A stretch of DNA of 64,000 bases from an uncultured Gemmatimonadaceae bacterium (GTDB taxonomy: Bacteria > Gemmatimonadota > Gemmatimonadetes > Gemmatimonadales > Gemmatimonadaceae). Location of the stretch: assembly GCA_963761305.1 (NCBI GenBank), contig CAVXGK010000002.1, positions 640,001 to 704,000 on the forward strand. The letters run 5' to 3'. Shown here piece after piece: positions 49,440 through 59,752 of the stretch (position 1 is the stretch's first letter; each line of letters starts with the position of its first letter). Under the pieces are notes generated by a model. It had not been told where the DNA came from, made no database searches, and worked only from the letters and a program-made list of their open reading frames with translations. Both the position numbers and the translations under genes were made by a program.

Positions 49440-50024
49440 TCAGCTGGTCTTCGCGGCCTTGATCGCTGCCGTGAGCTTGTCGTAGCCGTCCTGGGCGAGC
49501 GCGTTGAAGCGCGTATCCTCGTACGCGATCTTGCCATCCTTGCCGATCACGAACACGGTGCGCTTGAAGTAGGGACGGGCGCCGCCCTGCGAGCCGTACT
49601 TGGTCGCCACGTCACTCTTGGTGTCGGCGATCATCGCGAACGGGAAGTGCGCGTCCTTGGCCCAGCTCGCGTGCGACTGAAGGCTGTCGACCGAGGTCGG
49701 GAACACAACGACACCGTCGCCGAACAGCGAGGTGTACTCATCGCGGAACTTGCTCAACTCCGCGGTGCAACCGGAGGAGCGGTCGAGCGGGTAGAACGCG
49801 AGCACGACGACCTTGCCGCGCAGCGACTTGAGCGAAACGGGGATCGTCTTGCCGGTCGAGTCGGTCGCCGTGGCGGTGAAGTCGGGGGCCATGTCGCCCG
49901 CGGCCGGAAACGCCGCCGCGGCAGGTTGGCCCGACTGAGCCGGAGCGCCCTGCTGCGCGTGCGCCACGGCGGCCGCGCCGATGGCGACGACGCCGGCAAA
50001 AGACATGCGGAACATTCTGTTCAT
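49440..50024 (-). CDS. Exported peroxiredoxin (AhpC/TSA, BCP-like)
   Basis: Signal peptide (AHA|Q), GDMAPDF, FYPLDRSSGCTAE, RTVFVIGKDGKI. Confidence 0.85.
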   Translation of the reverse strand: MNRMFRMSFAGVVAIGAAAVAHAQQGAPAQSGQPAAAAFPAAGDMAPDFTATATDSTGKTIPVSLKSLRGKVVVLAFYPLDRSSGCTAELSKFRDEYTSLFGDGVVVFPTSVDSLQSHASWAKDAHFPFAMIADTKSDVATKYGSQGGARPYFKRTVFVIGKDGKIAYEDTRFNALAQDGYDKLTAAIKAAKTS

Positions 50025-50174
50025 ACAATCCTCAATGTGGTCGGTCGGCGTAGGGTCGCGCTCCGCCTGCGGAACGCGTCAAAGCAGCTTGCGGTAATGT
50101 CACGACCGGTGCAAGCGCGCCCCGCGTCTTCGCCCGGCGTGGCTACATTCTGGTCTCTCGCACCGCCCCATGAC

Positions 50175-52229
50175 ATGACCGCTCCGAACGCGCTCCCCGC
50201 CGGTGCCCGCCCAGCAGGCGGGAGCCCGCTGGCACATCGCCAGGTCCTGGTCGCGTTCAGTGGACTGGTGCTGGTGATGCTCCTCGCCGCGCTCGACTCG
50301 ACCATCGTCTCGACCGCGCTGCCGACGATCGTCGGCGACCTCGGAGGGCTCGACCACCTCGCCTGGGTCGTCACCGCCTACTTGCTGGCCCAGACGGTCG
50401 TCACGCCCGTTTACGGGAAGCTCGGCGATCTCTATGGTCGCAAGATCGTGCTCCAGTCGGCGACCGTCCTCTTTCTCGTCGGCTCGATGCTGTGCGGGCT
50501 CAGTCAGAACATGACGGAGCTCATCCTGTTCCGGGCGATTCAGGGATTGGGCGGCGGCGGTCTGACGGTCACCACGCAGGCGACGGTCGGCGACATCGTC
50601 GCCCCGATCGACCGAGGCCGATACCAGGGCATTTTCGGCGCGGTGTACGGTCTGGCGAGCATCGCCGGGCCTCTCCTCGGCGGATACTTCACGACGCACC
50701 TGACTTGGCGCTGGATCTTCTACATCAACCTGCCGTTCGGCATTCTCGCGCTCTTCGTGCTGGGCACCACGCTGCCGTCGCAGACCGAGCGTGTGTCGCA
50801 CGCGATCGACTACTGGGGTGCGCTGCTGCTCGCCGTGTTCCTCACCGCCGTCACTCTGATGTCCGACTTCGGCGGAACGACGTTTCCGTGGTCGTCGCCG
50901 AACATGATCGCGATCGTGGCTGTCGTCGCTGCATCGCTCGCCGGCTTTGTCGTCGTGGAGCGCTCGGCGGTGGAACCGGTGATCCCGCTGCGGTTGTTCG
51001 GCAACCGAACCTTCGCGCTCACGTCCGTCATCGGACTCATCGTCGGCTTCGCGCTCTTCGGGTCGGTCACGTATCTGCCGGTCTTCCTCCAGGTGGTGCG
51101 GGGCGCAACGCCCACGTCGTCCGGGTTGCAGATGCTTCCAATGATGGCCGGGATGCTCACGGCGTCGATCGCATCGGGACATCTCATCAGCCGCACCGGG
51201 CGCTACAAGATCTTTCCGGTGATCGGCACCGCCGTGGCGACGGGCGGGCTGGCGCTGCTGTCGCGCGTGTCGGTGACGACGACGACGCTGACGACCTCGA
51301 TCGCGATGCTCGTGTTGGGGCTGGGCATCGGGATGGTGATGCAAGTGCTCGTGATCGCCGTGCAGAACTCCGTCGAGTACCGTGACCTGGGCGTGGCGAC
51401 GTCGGGCGCGACACTCTTCCGCCTCGTCGGCGGGTCGCTGGGCACAGCGCTCCTGGGTGCCGTGTTCGCGGCGCGCCTGGCGTCGAACCTCGCGCAATCG
51501 GCGGCGGGGGGCGGACCCGCCGGAATCGCCCCGACGGGGAGCGGCATGAGTGTGGGCGACCTCGCTGCGCTCGCTCCCGCCGCGCGCGCGGTGTACACCC
51601 ACGCGTTCGCGGCGGCGCTCGGGACCGTTTTCTTGATCGCCGCGGCGACGGCGGCCGTCGGCTTCGTGCTGACACTCCTGCTCCCGGAGCAGCCGCTGCG
51701 TCGCACCGTCGCGGCAACGGCAGCGGAGACGGGTGAGGAAGTCGCGAGCGCGTTCGGACGTCCGGAGTCGGCGGAGTCGGAGACGGAGCTGCGCCGGTCG
51801 CTCGCCGTCTTTGCCGACCGCGACGTGCAGCGTGCGCACATAGGCCGGATCGTGGAGCGCGCGGGGCTGACGCTCAGCCCCGGCGCGGCGTGGCTGTTGG
51901 TACGACTCGAACGCGAGCCGTCGCTCGATCTGACGCAGCTCGCAAGTCGGTACCGCATTCAGTCGGACCGGCTGGTGGCGAGTGAAGTTGAATTAGAACG
52001 CTCCGATTTGATCACCGCGAGGGGCCGGGGTGCTTCCGGCCAACGGAACTTGACGGATGCCGGACGCGCCGCGCTGGCGCGGCTCATCGACGCCCGCCGC
52101 GCGCATCTCGACGATCTGCTCGCCGACTGGCCGGCCGAGCAGCGCGGGGCCGTGCTCGAGGAATTGCGACGTGTCGTCCGCGGACTCGTCCCGGACCTTC
52201 CGGATCGGGCGGTCACGGGGCCGGGATAG
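50175..52229 (+). CDS. DHA2 MFS efflux pump with C-terminal MarR-like winged helix
   Basis: LDSTIVSTALPTI, GKLGDLYGRK, WRWIFYINLP; C-terminal LSPGAAWLL..LTDAGRAALARL. Confidence 0.88.
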   Translation: MTAPNALPAGARPAGGSPLAHRQVLVAFSGLVLVMLLAALDSTIVSTALPTIVGDLGGLDHLAWVVTAYLLAQTVVTPVYGKLGDLYGRKIVLQSATVLFLVGSMLCGLSQNMTELILFRAIQGLGGGGLTVTTQATVGDIVAPIDRGRYQGIFGAVYGLASIAGPLLGGYFTTHLTWRWIFYINLPFGILALFVLGTTLPSQTERVSHAIDYWGALLLAVFLTAVTLMSDFGGTTFPWSSPNMIAIVAVVAASLAGFVVVERSAVEPVIPLRLFGNRTFALTSVIGLIVGFALFGSVTYLPVFLQVVRGATPTSSGLQMLPMMAGMLTASIASGHLISRTGRYKIFPVIGTAVATGGLALLSRVSVTTTTLTTSIAMLVLGLGIGMVMQVLVIAVQNSVEYRDLGVATSGATLFRLVGGSLGTALLGAVFAARLASNLAQSAAGGGPAGIAPTGSGMSVGDLAALAPAARAVYTHAFAAALGTVFLIAAATAAVGFVLTLLLPEQPLRRTVAATAAETGEEVASAFGRPESAESETELRRSLAVFADRDVQRAHIGRIVERAGLTLSPGAAWLLVRLEREPSLDLTQLASRYRIQSDRLVASEVELERSDLITARGRGASGQRNLTDAGRAALARLIDARRAHLDDLLADWPAEQRGAVLEELRRVVRGLVPDLPDRAVTGPG

Positions 52230-52304
52230 CGAATCGCCGGGTCGCGCGACGCCCCGGCGGTGCCAATCGTTACGAGATGTTGCCTTGACGACCGCTGAGG
52301 TCGG

Positions 52305-52532
52305 ATGCCAATTGGGGGCATGCTCTCGGCCAAGGCGCTCGACGCGTTGCGATCACGGGTACGAAGACGCGCATTTGCGTCGTCCGACCAATCGCTCCAA
52401 CGCGACGTTCAATCGGCGCAGACGGCGCATGACCGCGTCAGCACGGCCGAGATGCAGGCGGCGACGCAAGTCGTGCTGGAAGCCTACCGCGGCGAAGCCG
52501 AGCGACGACGCGCCCTCAGCGCGGACGCTTAG
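52305..52532 (+). CDS. Short hypothetical protein or fragment
   Basis: 75-aa helical ORF in an intergenic gap; no recognised motif. Confidence 0.25.
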   Translation: MPIGGMLSAKALDALRSRVRRRAFASSDQSLQRDVQSAQTAHDRVSTAEMQAATQVVLEAYRGEAERRRALSADA

Positions 52533-52626
52533 AACACAGCACCGCTCGAAGCGCTGTGCGCGTCAGGATCGGCATGAGAGATGCCGGTCAGGCGGCGCTA
52601 CTGCTGCGACCTCGAGAGCCACTCGT

Positions 52627-53979
52627 ATGGCAAACATCCCTGACCTGAATCGCCGTCGTTTCTGCACCGCCGCGGTCGCCGGCGTGGCTGCGAGTCAGGC
52701 AGGTCTCGCCGTTTTTGCCAGGAGAGTGATGGCCATGACCGACGTGATGACGGAAGTGGAGACCGCGAGCGAGGCGGGCGACATTCGTCCCTTCCACCCC
52801 AAGTTCTCCGACGCGGACCTTACCGAGCTGCGCCGACGAGTCAACGCGACGAAGTGGCCCGAGCGCGAAACCGTCCCCGACGCATCCCAAGGCGTCCAGC
52901 TCGCTACGATGCAGAAGCTCGCTCGCTATTGGGGGACCGACTACGCCTGGAGCAAGTGCCAGGCGAAGCTCGACGCCACTCCACAGTTCATCACCGCGAT
53001 CGATGGGCTCGACATTCATTTCATTCACGTGCGCTCGAAGCACGAGAACGCGATGCCGATCATCATCACGCACGGATGGCCGGGTTCGATCATCGAGCAG
53101 ATGAAGATCATCGATCCACTGACGAATCCGACGGCCCACGGCGGCACCGCAGATGACGCCTTCCACGTGGTGATTCCGTCACTCCCCGGCTACGGATTCT
53201 CGGGAAAACCGACCGCGCCCGGGTGGAATCCCGTCACCATCGCGCGGGCATGGGCGACGCTGATGAACCGCCTGGGGTACACGCAGTACGTGGCGCAGGG
53301 CGGCGATTGGGGGAACGCCATCTCGGAAACGATGGCTCTGCAGGCGCCACCGGGGCTGCTCGGTATTTCCACGAACATGCCGGCGACGGTGCCACCGGAG
53401 ATCAGCAAGGCGCTCGCGACTGGCGGGCCGGCTCCCGCCGGTCTCTCCGCCGAAGAGAAGAACGCCTGGGATCAGCTCGACTTCTTCTATAAGAAGGGGG
53501 TCGGTTACGCCAACGAGATGGGCCTCCGGCCGCAAACGCTCTACGCGCTCGTCGATTCGCCGGTGGGGCTCGCCGCCTGGATGCTCGATCACGATGCGCG
53601 AAGCTACGAGCTCATCGTGCGTGTCTTCGACGGGCAGCGTGAAGGTCTCACGCGAGACGACATCCTCGACAACATCACGCTCTATTGGCTGACCAACACA
53701 GCGATTTCGTCGGCCCGTCTTTATTGGGACGCGCGGCAACTGCCGGGCAAGGGCGGCTTCTTCGATGCGAGAGGCGTCGCGCTTCCGGTCGTCGTCACCG
53801 TTTTCCCTGACGAGATCTACGCGGCGCCGCGTAGCTGGGCCGCGCGCGCGTATTCCAAAATGATTTTCTACGTGCGGCATGACAAAGGCTGCCACTTTGC
53901 CGCCTGGGAGCAACCTCAACTCCTGACAGAAGACCTTCGAACTGGCTTCAGACCGCTGCGGCAGAAGTTGGTGCGATAA
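52627..53979 (+). CDS. Epoxide hydrolase (EHN family) with possible Tat signal
   Basis: NRRRFC, IRPF, IDGLDIHFIH, HGWPGS, QGGDWG, HFAAWEQP. Confidence 0.9.
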   Translation: MANIPDLNRRRFCTAAVAGVAASQAGLAVFARRVMAMTDVMTEVETASEAGDIRPFHPKFSDADLTELRRRVNATKWPERETVPDASQGVQLATMQKLARYWGTDYAWSKCQAKLDATPQFITAIDGLDIHFIHVRSKHENAMPIIITHGWPGSIIEQMKIIDPLTNPTAHGGTADDAFHVVIPSLPGYGFSGKPTAPGWNPVTIARAWATLMNRLGYTQYVAQGGDWGNAISETMALQAPPGLLGISTNMPATVPPEISKALATGGPAPAGLSAEEKNAWDQLDFFYKKGVGYANEMGLRPQTLYALVDSPVGLAAWMLDHDARSYELIVRVFDGQREGLTRDDILDNITLYWLTNTAISSARLYWDARQLPGKGGFFDARGVALPVVVTVFPDEIYAAPRSWAARAYSKMIFYVRHDKGCHFAAWEQPQLLTEDLRTGFRPLRQKLVR

Positions 53980-53985
53980 GCAATC

Positions 53986-54807
53986 ATGGCGTTCGAGACG
54001 ATCAGAGTGCACCGGGACGGGGGGGTTCTGTCCGCGGAAATCCTCGCTCCGCCGATGAACCTCCTCGGACCGGAGTTGGTGCGCGATCTGGTCGCCCTCA
54101 TCCAGCAGACCGAAGCCGACGACGCCCTTCGAGTAGTCGTGTTCAAGAGCGCGGATCCCGACTATTTCATTTCCCACGCCGACGTGAACCGCATCAAGGA
54201 ATACCGTGCGGAGGCCGCGAAACTGACTGGCGAGGCCTCGATCGGCCTGCTGTTTCGTCATTTGAGCGCAAGTCGCGTCGTGACCATCGCGCAGATTGCT
54301 GGGCGCGCACGCGGAGCCGGCAGCGAGTTCATACTCGCGTGCGACATGGCGTTCGCTTCGCGAGAGTCGGCGATCTTCAGCCAGCCTGAGGCGGCGTTCG
54401 GGCTGAGCCCCGGCGCGGGCGGCATTCAGCACCTCGCGCGACTGATGGGGCGCGCGCGAGCGCTGGAGGTCATTCTGAGCGCGCAGGATTACGACGCCGA
54501 GTTGGCTGAGCGGTACGGATGGATCAATCGATCGATGCCCGCCGACGTACTCGATGACTTCGTCATGTCGCTCGCGCATCGGATCGCCGAGTTTCCGGCT
54601 ACCGGCGCGCGCGTAGTCAAGGATCGAATCAACGCGATCGCGCTCGCGGCGGCCGACGACTACCGTCGTGATTCCGATTTGTTCGGCGAAGCCGCGCTCA
54701 AACCCGAGGCTCAAGGCCGGACGCAAGCCGGGATGAATTGTGGTTTCCAGACGCGCGATGCGGAAATGGACCTCGGCAAGATGCTGGGCGACTTGAGGGG
54801 GAGTTAG
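53986..54807 (+). CDS. Enoyl-CoA hydratase/isomerase family protein
   Basis: APPMNL, FISHAD, ARGAGSEFILACDM, QPE, AERYGWINR. Confidence 0.88.
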   Translation: MAFETIRVHRDGGVLSAEILAPPMNLLGPELVRDLVALIQQTEADDALRVVVFKSADPDYFISHADVNRIKEYRAEAAKLTGEASIGLLFRHLSASRVVTIAQIAGRARGAGSEFILACDMAFASRESAIFSQPEAAFGLSPGAGGIQHLARLMGRARALEVILSAQDYDAELAERYGWINRSMPADVLDDFVMSLAHRIAEFPATGARVVKDRINAIALAAADDYRRDSDLFGEAALKPEAQGRTQAGMNCGFQTRDAEMDLGKMLGDLRGS

Positions 54808-54815
54808 GAGCATAA

Positions 54816-55229
54816 ATGCAAGTCAGTTGGCGACGCTCGTGGATGTTGACGACGCTCTTCCTCGCGCTGCCGGCATGCTGCCAGGACTCGGACACCTCCA
54901 GCCGGATTTCGAAGACCCAACCCGGCTGGACGGCGTTGACCGAGGCCACGGGTTCCATGCACGCCGCCGTGGCGCCGGTCCGCCCTTCGGGCGACAACGA
55001 CGTCGATTTTACGACGCTGATGCTGCCGCACCATCAGGCGGCCATCGACATGGCCAAAGCGGAACTGCTCTACGGCGCCGATCCACAGATGCGCCGACTG
55101 GCTCAAGAAGTCATCACGGATCAACAATCCGAGATGGACTTAATGCGACTCTGGTTGGAGCGGCGGGGCAGTGCGGCGGAAACCTCGCACACAGTGTCCG
55201 GACACGCTTCCACGAGAGTTCTCCGATGA
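54816..55229 (+). CDS. DUF305 (CopM-like) protein
   Basis: DVDFTTLMLPHHQAAIDMAKAEL..QQSEMDLMRLW. Confidence 0.85.
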   Translation: MQVSWRRSWMLTTLFLALPACCQDSDTSSRISKTQPGWTALTEATGSMHAAVAPVRPSGDNDVDFTTLMLPHHQAAIDMAKAELLYGADPQMRRLAQEVITDQQSEMDLMRLWLERRGSAAETSHTVSGHASTRVLR

Positions 55230-56689
55230 CGCGCGCGTTATCGCTGGCGCTCGCTCTCGTGCCCGTCTATGTCTGCGCCCAACAAGCCCCATGGGGCCGC
55301 CGAGACATTCCGATAACGAGCCACGATCGCGTGTACGCGGCGGATCAGACGTCGAACACGGTTTCAGTCATCGACCCGTCCAGCAACACACTGCTTGGGG
55401 TGATCCGACTTGGCGTTCCAGTGCCGGCGTCGATCGCTCCGCTCTACACCGGCCAGCTGCTCGTTCACGGACTCGGCTACTCTCCCGACTCGAGGACGCT
55501 CGCCGTCGTGTCGATCGCTTCCAATTCCGTGACATTGATCGCAACGGCCACCAACACGGTGCGAGGAACCATCTATGTTGGTCGGTCGCCGCACGAGGCC
55601 TTCTTCACACCCGACGGCCGGGAGTTGTGGGTGACGGTGCGCGGGGAGGATTACGTGTCTGTCATCGACCCCGCGCGAATGGTGGAAACGCGACGCATCA
55701 AGATGGCCAACGGGCCGGGTATGGCAATGTTCAGCCCGGACGGCCGTTTCGCGTTCGTCTGCTCCAGCTTCACGCCGGAGCTGGCGATTGTCGATCTTGG
55801 AACGCATCAGGTGGTGAAGCGGGTGCCGCAGGCGAGCCCGTTTTGCCCGAACATCGCGGTGACGCCGGAAAACGACGAAGTCTGGGTCACGTTGAAAGAC
55901 GTCGGCAGAGTCCAGGTGTTCAATGCCAAGCCGCCGTTCGAACAGAAGGCCCTGCTCGAGACGGGGCCGATCACGAACCACGTGAATTTCGCCAACAACC
56001 ACAACGGCAGGTTCGCGTACGTGACGATCGGCGGACTGAACGAAGTGAAGGTCTTCCGACGCGGCGCGAAGCCGGAGCTGGTCGCGACGATAACCGTCGG
56101 CGACCTCCCGCACGGCCTCTGGCCGTCGGGAGATGGCTCGCGCATGTACGTCGCGCTCGAGAACGGCGAGGCGGCCGTGGCGATCAACACGCTCACCAAC
56201 TCCGTCGTCGCCAGCATTCCGATCGGCCAGACGACGCAAGCGCTCGTGTATGTGCCGAGCGCGGTTCCGAGCGGCGACGGCGCGGCCAACCTGGTGCCGC
56301 TCGGTGAGGCCGGGAACACCGCCCACCTCCATCTACAAATGGGCGCACCCGAGTTGCCCAACGCGCAGGCGACGGTCGCCGTCAACTCGCTGGGCCTGCT
56401 GGATCTCCTTCAGATTGCCGCTCGCGGCCTCACTCCAAAGACGCGATATCAGGTGTACCTCACGACCTCGGACCGCGCTCCATTCGAAAACCTCGAACCG
56501 CTGGCGGTCCTCGCGACGAATGCCGACGGCGCCGGGATCGTTCAGGCGATCGGTCCGCTGAAGACCTTGGCACCCGCAACGCAGGGCGCAACCAGCGCGT
56601 TGGCGCGCCGGTTCGTCGTTGTGACGGAGCTGGAGAACCGTTCAGTGGTCGTGCTGCGTCCGGGCGCCGGCTCCTCCGCCCGCCCGTAG
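55226..56689 (+). CDS. Secreted YncE/YVTN beta-propeller protein
   Basis: DRVYAADQTSNTVSVID, VGRSPHEAFFTPDG, PHGLWPSGDG; coupled to DUF305. Confidence 0.85.
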   Translation: MTRALSLALALVPVYVCAQQAPWGRRDIPITSHDRVYAADQTSNTVSVIDPSSNTLLGVIRLGVPVPASIAPLYTGQLLVHGLGYSPDSRTLAVVSIASNSVTLIATATNTVRGTIYVGRSPHEAFFTPDGRELWVTVRGEDYVSVIDPARMVETRRIKMANGPGMAMFSPDGRFAFVCSSFTPELAIVDLGTHQVVKRVPQASPFCPNIAVTPENDEVWVTLKDVGRVQVFNAKPPFEQKALLETGPITNHVNFANNHNGRFAYVTIGGLNEVKVFRRGAKPELVATITVGDLPHGLWPSGDGSRMYVALENGEAAVAINTLTNSVVASIPIGQTTQALVYVPSAVPSGDGAANLVPLGEAGNTAHLHLQMGAPELPNAQATVAVNSLGLLDLLQIAARGLTPKTRYQVYLTTSDRAPFENLEPLAVLATNADGAGIVQAIGPLKTLAPATQGATSALARRFVVVTELENRSVVVLRPGAGSSARP

Positions 56690-56739
56690 CCCGATCGCAA
56701 TCAAGCCAAGCGATCGAAAAAGGCGGCGGAGTAGTCGGA

Positions 56740-57597
56740 TCAGGCGGTGACGTCGGCGACGAATCGGGCGACGTCTTGCGTGAAGCGTTCCGGAAATTGA
56801 AATAGCGAGCCGTGCCCCGAGTCGGGATACACGAGCAGCTCGCCGTTCACGAGCTGTTGCGACAGGTTGTAGGAATTGATTGTCGGAACCATCACGTCGT
56901 GGCTGCCGCTCACCACGAGGACGGGCTGACGTACCTTCGCCAACCCGTCGGGCGAAGCGGGCTTTTGCGACCATGCGTGAAGCGCGGCGACGTGCGCGTT
57001 CACCGCCGCCTCACTCGCCGGTGGCTCGCGGTCTCTGCGCAGCATGACGCGCTCGACGTGCCGACGCCCGGCGCTTTGACTCGACTCGGACGGTTCGAAG
57101 AACAGGGAGAGGAGCGACTGCGCATCGGCCGGCATTTTCGACGCCGCCTTCTCCACCTCGGGAGAGAACACACCGACCGAGCCGCGCGGTCCTGTGCCGA
57201 CGAGAATCGCGGCGCGCACGAGCTCGGGGCGGTCTACCAGAATCTGCTGGGCGATCATCCCGCCAAGCGAGAAGCCGAGCAGGTCGACGTGCTCCTCGCC
57301 GAGCGAGTCGATGAACGCGGTTGCGTCCTTGGCCATCGCGTCGACGTCGCTCGGGGTCGTGCCACCGCTGCGCCCGATGCCGCGGCCGTCGACCAGCACG
57401 ACGGGCCGTTCGTAGGCGAGTCCGTCAACGACGAGCGGATCCCAATCGTCCATGTTGCCGCGGAAGCGCTGAAACATGACGAGTGGAATGCCAAGTGACG
57501 GCCCGATCCGGCGAGAGGCGAACGCGACACCGTTGGCGTCGACGAACTGCGTCGTCGCCGTCTGATGAGAATCCGTTACCGCGGCTGCGCCTCGCAT
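56740..57597 (-). CDS. Alpha/beta hydrolase
   Basis: FRGNMDDWDP, GFSLGG, GSHD, GHGSLFQ. Confidence 0.88.
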   Translation of the reverse strand: MRGAAAVTDSHQTATTQFVDANGVAFASRRIGPSLGIPLVMFQRFRGNMDDWDPLVVDGLAYERPVVLVDGRGIGRSGGTTPSDVDAMAKDATAFIDSLGEEHVDLLGFSLGGMIAQQILVDRPELVRAAILVGTGPRGSVGVFSPEVEKAASKMPADAQSLLSLFFEPSESSQSAGRRHVERVMLRRDREPPASEAAVNAHVAALHAWSQKPASPDGLAKVRQPVLVVSGSHDVMVPTINSYNLSQQLVNGELLVYPDSGHGSLFQFPERFTQDVARFVADVTA

Positions 57598-57739
57598 TCA
57601 TTCTCCGGTAATGCGGGCCAGCGTGGTGCCGGCCCGTGCGGGAAATGTCGACCACACGAATCGTGCCTCGCTTTTCGAGCGCCCTTCGGCTCGCCGTCGA
57701 TTGCGAACACGGCACCTTCACGAACCGGCTGCTTTCCGT

Positions 57740-58762
57740 TCACCGACTCGTTTTCACCGGCGCGACCGCGAGGGCGTCGACGTCCCAGCCGCCGAGCGTG
57801 GCCGCGACCTCGTAGGTGCTCTCGAGAAACGCCGTGATCGCCGCCGAGGGATCGGGCGCGGTGCGAACTGCATCGTACGGAAGGATCCACTCGCGCAACT
57901 CGGGATGATAAAAGGCGGCGGCCGGCCGGATGCGTGCCGACGCGCAACCGACGGGCTCCGGATACGCGTACGCGTAGAACGCCGCCTCAGCGACCGGTGA
58001 TCCCGGCGTACCGGGCCACCAGCCAGCACTGATGCACTCGTGCGAGTAGGCTTCGCGCATCACGTACGTGGGGCAATTCGGGATTCCACCAGCATGCGGC
58101 GGCGCGCGGCGCCCGGAGAAGCGAGTGCACGCGAGGTCGAACCCACCCCACCAGAAATGCACCGGGCTCGACTTGCCCACGAACCGGCCGCGGAATTCCT
58201 TCAGCACGTGATCGACGCTCGAGAGGGCCCTGAACCACCGGCCCACGGCGTCGGCGTCGTAGCTGGCGTGTTCCCGATCGGCCGCGAAAGGCGTGGCGTC
58301 GGCGATTTCATTCGGTCTCGGCCAAATCCGGACGTCAACGTCCAGCCCGCGCAGCAGCTCGAACCACTCTCCGTAGAAATCGGCCACCGATTTCTTCTCG
58401 AGCTCGATGGTCCGGGTCTCGCCGCCGCTGTGGCGCACGGTGAGCTCATGGTTCACGAAATCGAACTCCGCGTCGATGGCGCGACCGTTAGTAGGCATCG
58501 ACGAGGTCGTGAGGCCCCACGGCGTGACGTAGAGCGCGCTGTGCCACCAATGGTTCATGAAAGGCGCGAGCGCGAGACGCGTCTTGCCAACGATCTGCAC
58601 CCACCGGTGCAGCGTTTCATACGTCGGGCGCCACTCGGCCAGCGGGAGCCGCGGCCACTCTCCAGCCGTCGGCGGCGTGGCAGCGACTGGCGTTTTCGGC
58701 GCTGCCACCCGCGACTGAATCCGTCTCGGGCTACGCCGACCGTGCGAGCGGCTGCTTGGCAT
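57740..58762 (-). CDS. DUF5996 (Ava_C0101-like) protein
   Basis: [50 protein letters not shown]; start uncertain. Confidence 0.8.
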   Translation of the reverse strand: MPSSRSHGRRSPRRIQSRVAAPKTPVAATPPTAGEWPRLPLAEWRPTYETLHRWVQIVGKTRLALAPFMNHWWHSALYVTPWGLTTSSMPTNGRAIDAEFDFVNHELTVRHSGGETRTIELEKKSVADFYGEWFELLRGLDVDVRIWPRPNEIADATPFAADREHASYDADAVGRWFRALSSVDHVLKEFRGRFVGKSSPVHFWWGGFDLACTRFSGRRAPPHAGGIPNCPTYVMREAYSHECISAGWWPGTPGSPVAEAAFYAYAYPEPVGCASARIRPAAAFYHPELREWILPYDAVRTAPDPSAAITAFLESTYEVAATLGGWDVDALAVAPVKTSR

Positions 58763-59588
58763 TCTTTGCCGACGTGACGAACGCGAGCAGCTCTTCGTTC
58801 ACGCGATCCTTGAGCGTCGTGCACATGCCATGCGGAGCGCCCTTGTACACCTCGAGCCGCGCCCCTTTGACCATTTTGACCGCGCGCTGCGCCGCCGCCG
58901 CGATCGGCACGATCTGATCGTCGTCGCCGTGAATGAACAACGTCGGCACGTCGAAGCGAGCGAGATCGGCCGTTTGATCGGTCTCTGAAAAGGCCTTGAT
59001 GCAGTCGTACGAGTTCTTGAGCCCCGCCATCATCGCTTGCAAACTGAACTGGTCGCGAACGCCCTGGCTCACTTTGGCGCCCGGCCGGTTGTAGCCGTAG
59101 AACGGCATGCTCAGATCCATGAAGAACTGTGACCGGTCCGCCGCCACGCCGGCGCGAAGCTGATCGAATACTTCTATCGGAGTGCCGTTCGGATTTGCCG
59201 GCGTCTTGAGCATGAGCGGCGGAATGGCACCGATGAGAACGGCCGCGGCAACGCGCTCGGTGCCGTGGCGCCCGATGTAGCGCGCCACCTCGCCGCCGCC
59301 GGTCGAGTGCCCGACGTGGACGGCATCTCGAAGGTCGAGCGCGCGCACCAACTCGGCGAGATCGTCGGCATATGTGTCGAGGTCGTTGCCATTCCAGGGT
59401 TGGTCCGAGCGGCCGTTACCGCGCCGGTCATGACCGACGCAACGATAGCCGTGCGAGGCGAGAAACATCATCTGATCCTCGAACGCGTCGGCTGACAGCG
59501 GCCACCCGTGGCTGAACACGACTGGTTGGCCGGTGCCCCAATCCTTGTAGTACAGCTGAGTATCGTCTTTTGTCTTGAACGTGGGCAT
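58731..59588 (-). CDS. Non-heme chloroperoxidase/arylesterase family hydrolase
   Basis: [40 protein letters not shown]. Confidence 0.9.
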   Translation of the reverse strand: MPTFKTKDDTQLYYKDWGTGQPVVFSHGWPLSADAFEDQMMFLASHGYRCVGHDRRGNGRSDQPWNGNDLDTYADDLAELVRALDLRDAVHVGHSTGGGEVARYIGRHGTERVAAAVLIGAIPPLMLKTPANPNGTPIEVFDQLRAGVAADRSQFFMDLSMPFYGYNRPGAKVSQGVRDQFSLQAMMAGLKNSYDCIKAFSETDQTADLARFDVPTLFIHGDDDQIVPIAAAAQRAVKMVKGARLEVYKGAPHGMCTTLKDRVNEELLAFVTSAKNAKQPLARSA

Positions 59589-59752
59589 GAGCACTGATCC
59601 CCATGAGGATTTTCTAGGCGGCACCAAACGCGAAACGCGGGCCGGGCCGGGAGGGAACGCCCATTAGGAAGAGGGTGTGCCAGATCGCGCTGGGCCAATT
59701 ACGATGGTGTAGGGATGTAGGCGGATCTACACTCTTGCTCGCCGAGGCCGAC

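Noticed and set aside
49440..50024. Selenocysteine peroxiredoxin
   Set aside because: The active-site codon is Cys and there is no in-frame TGA
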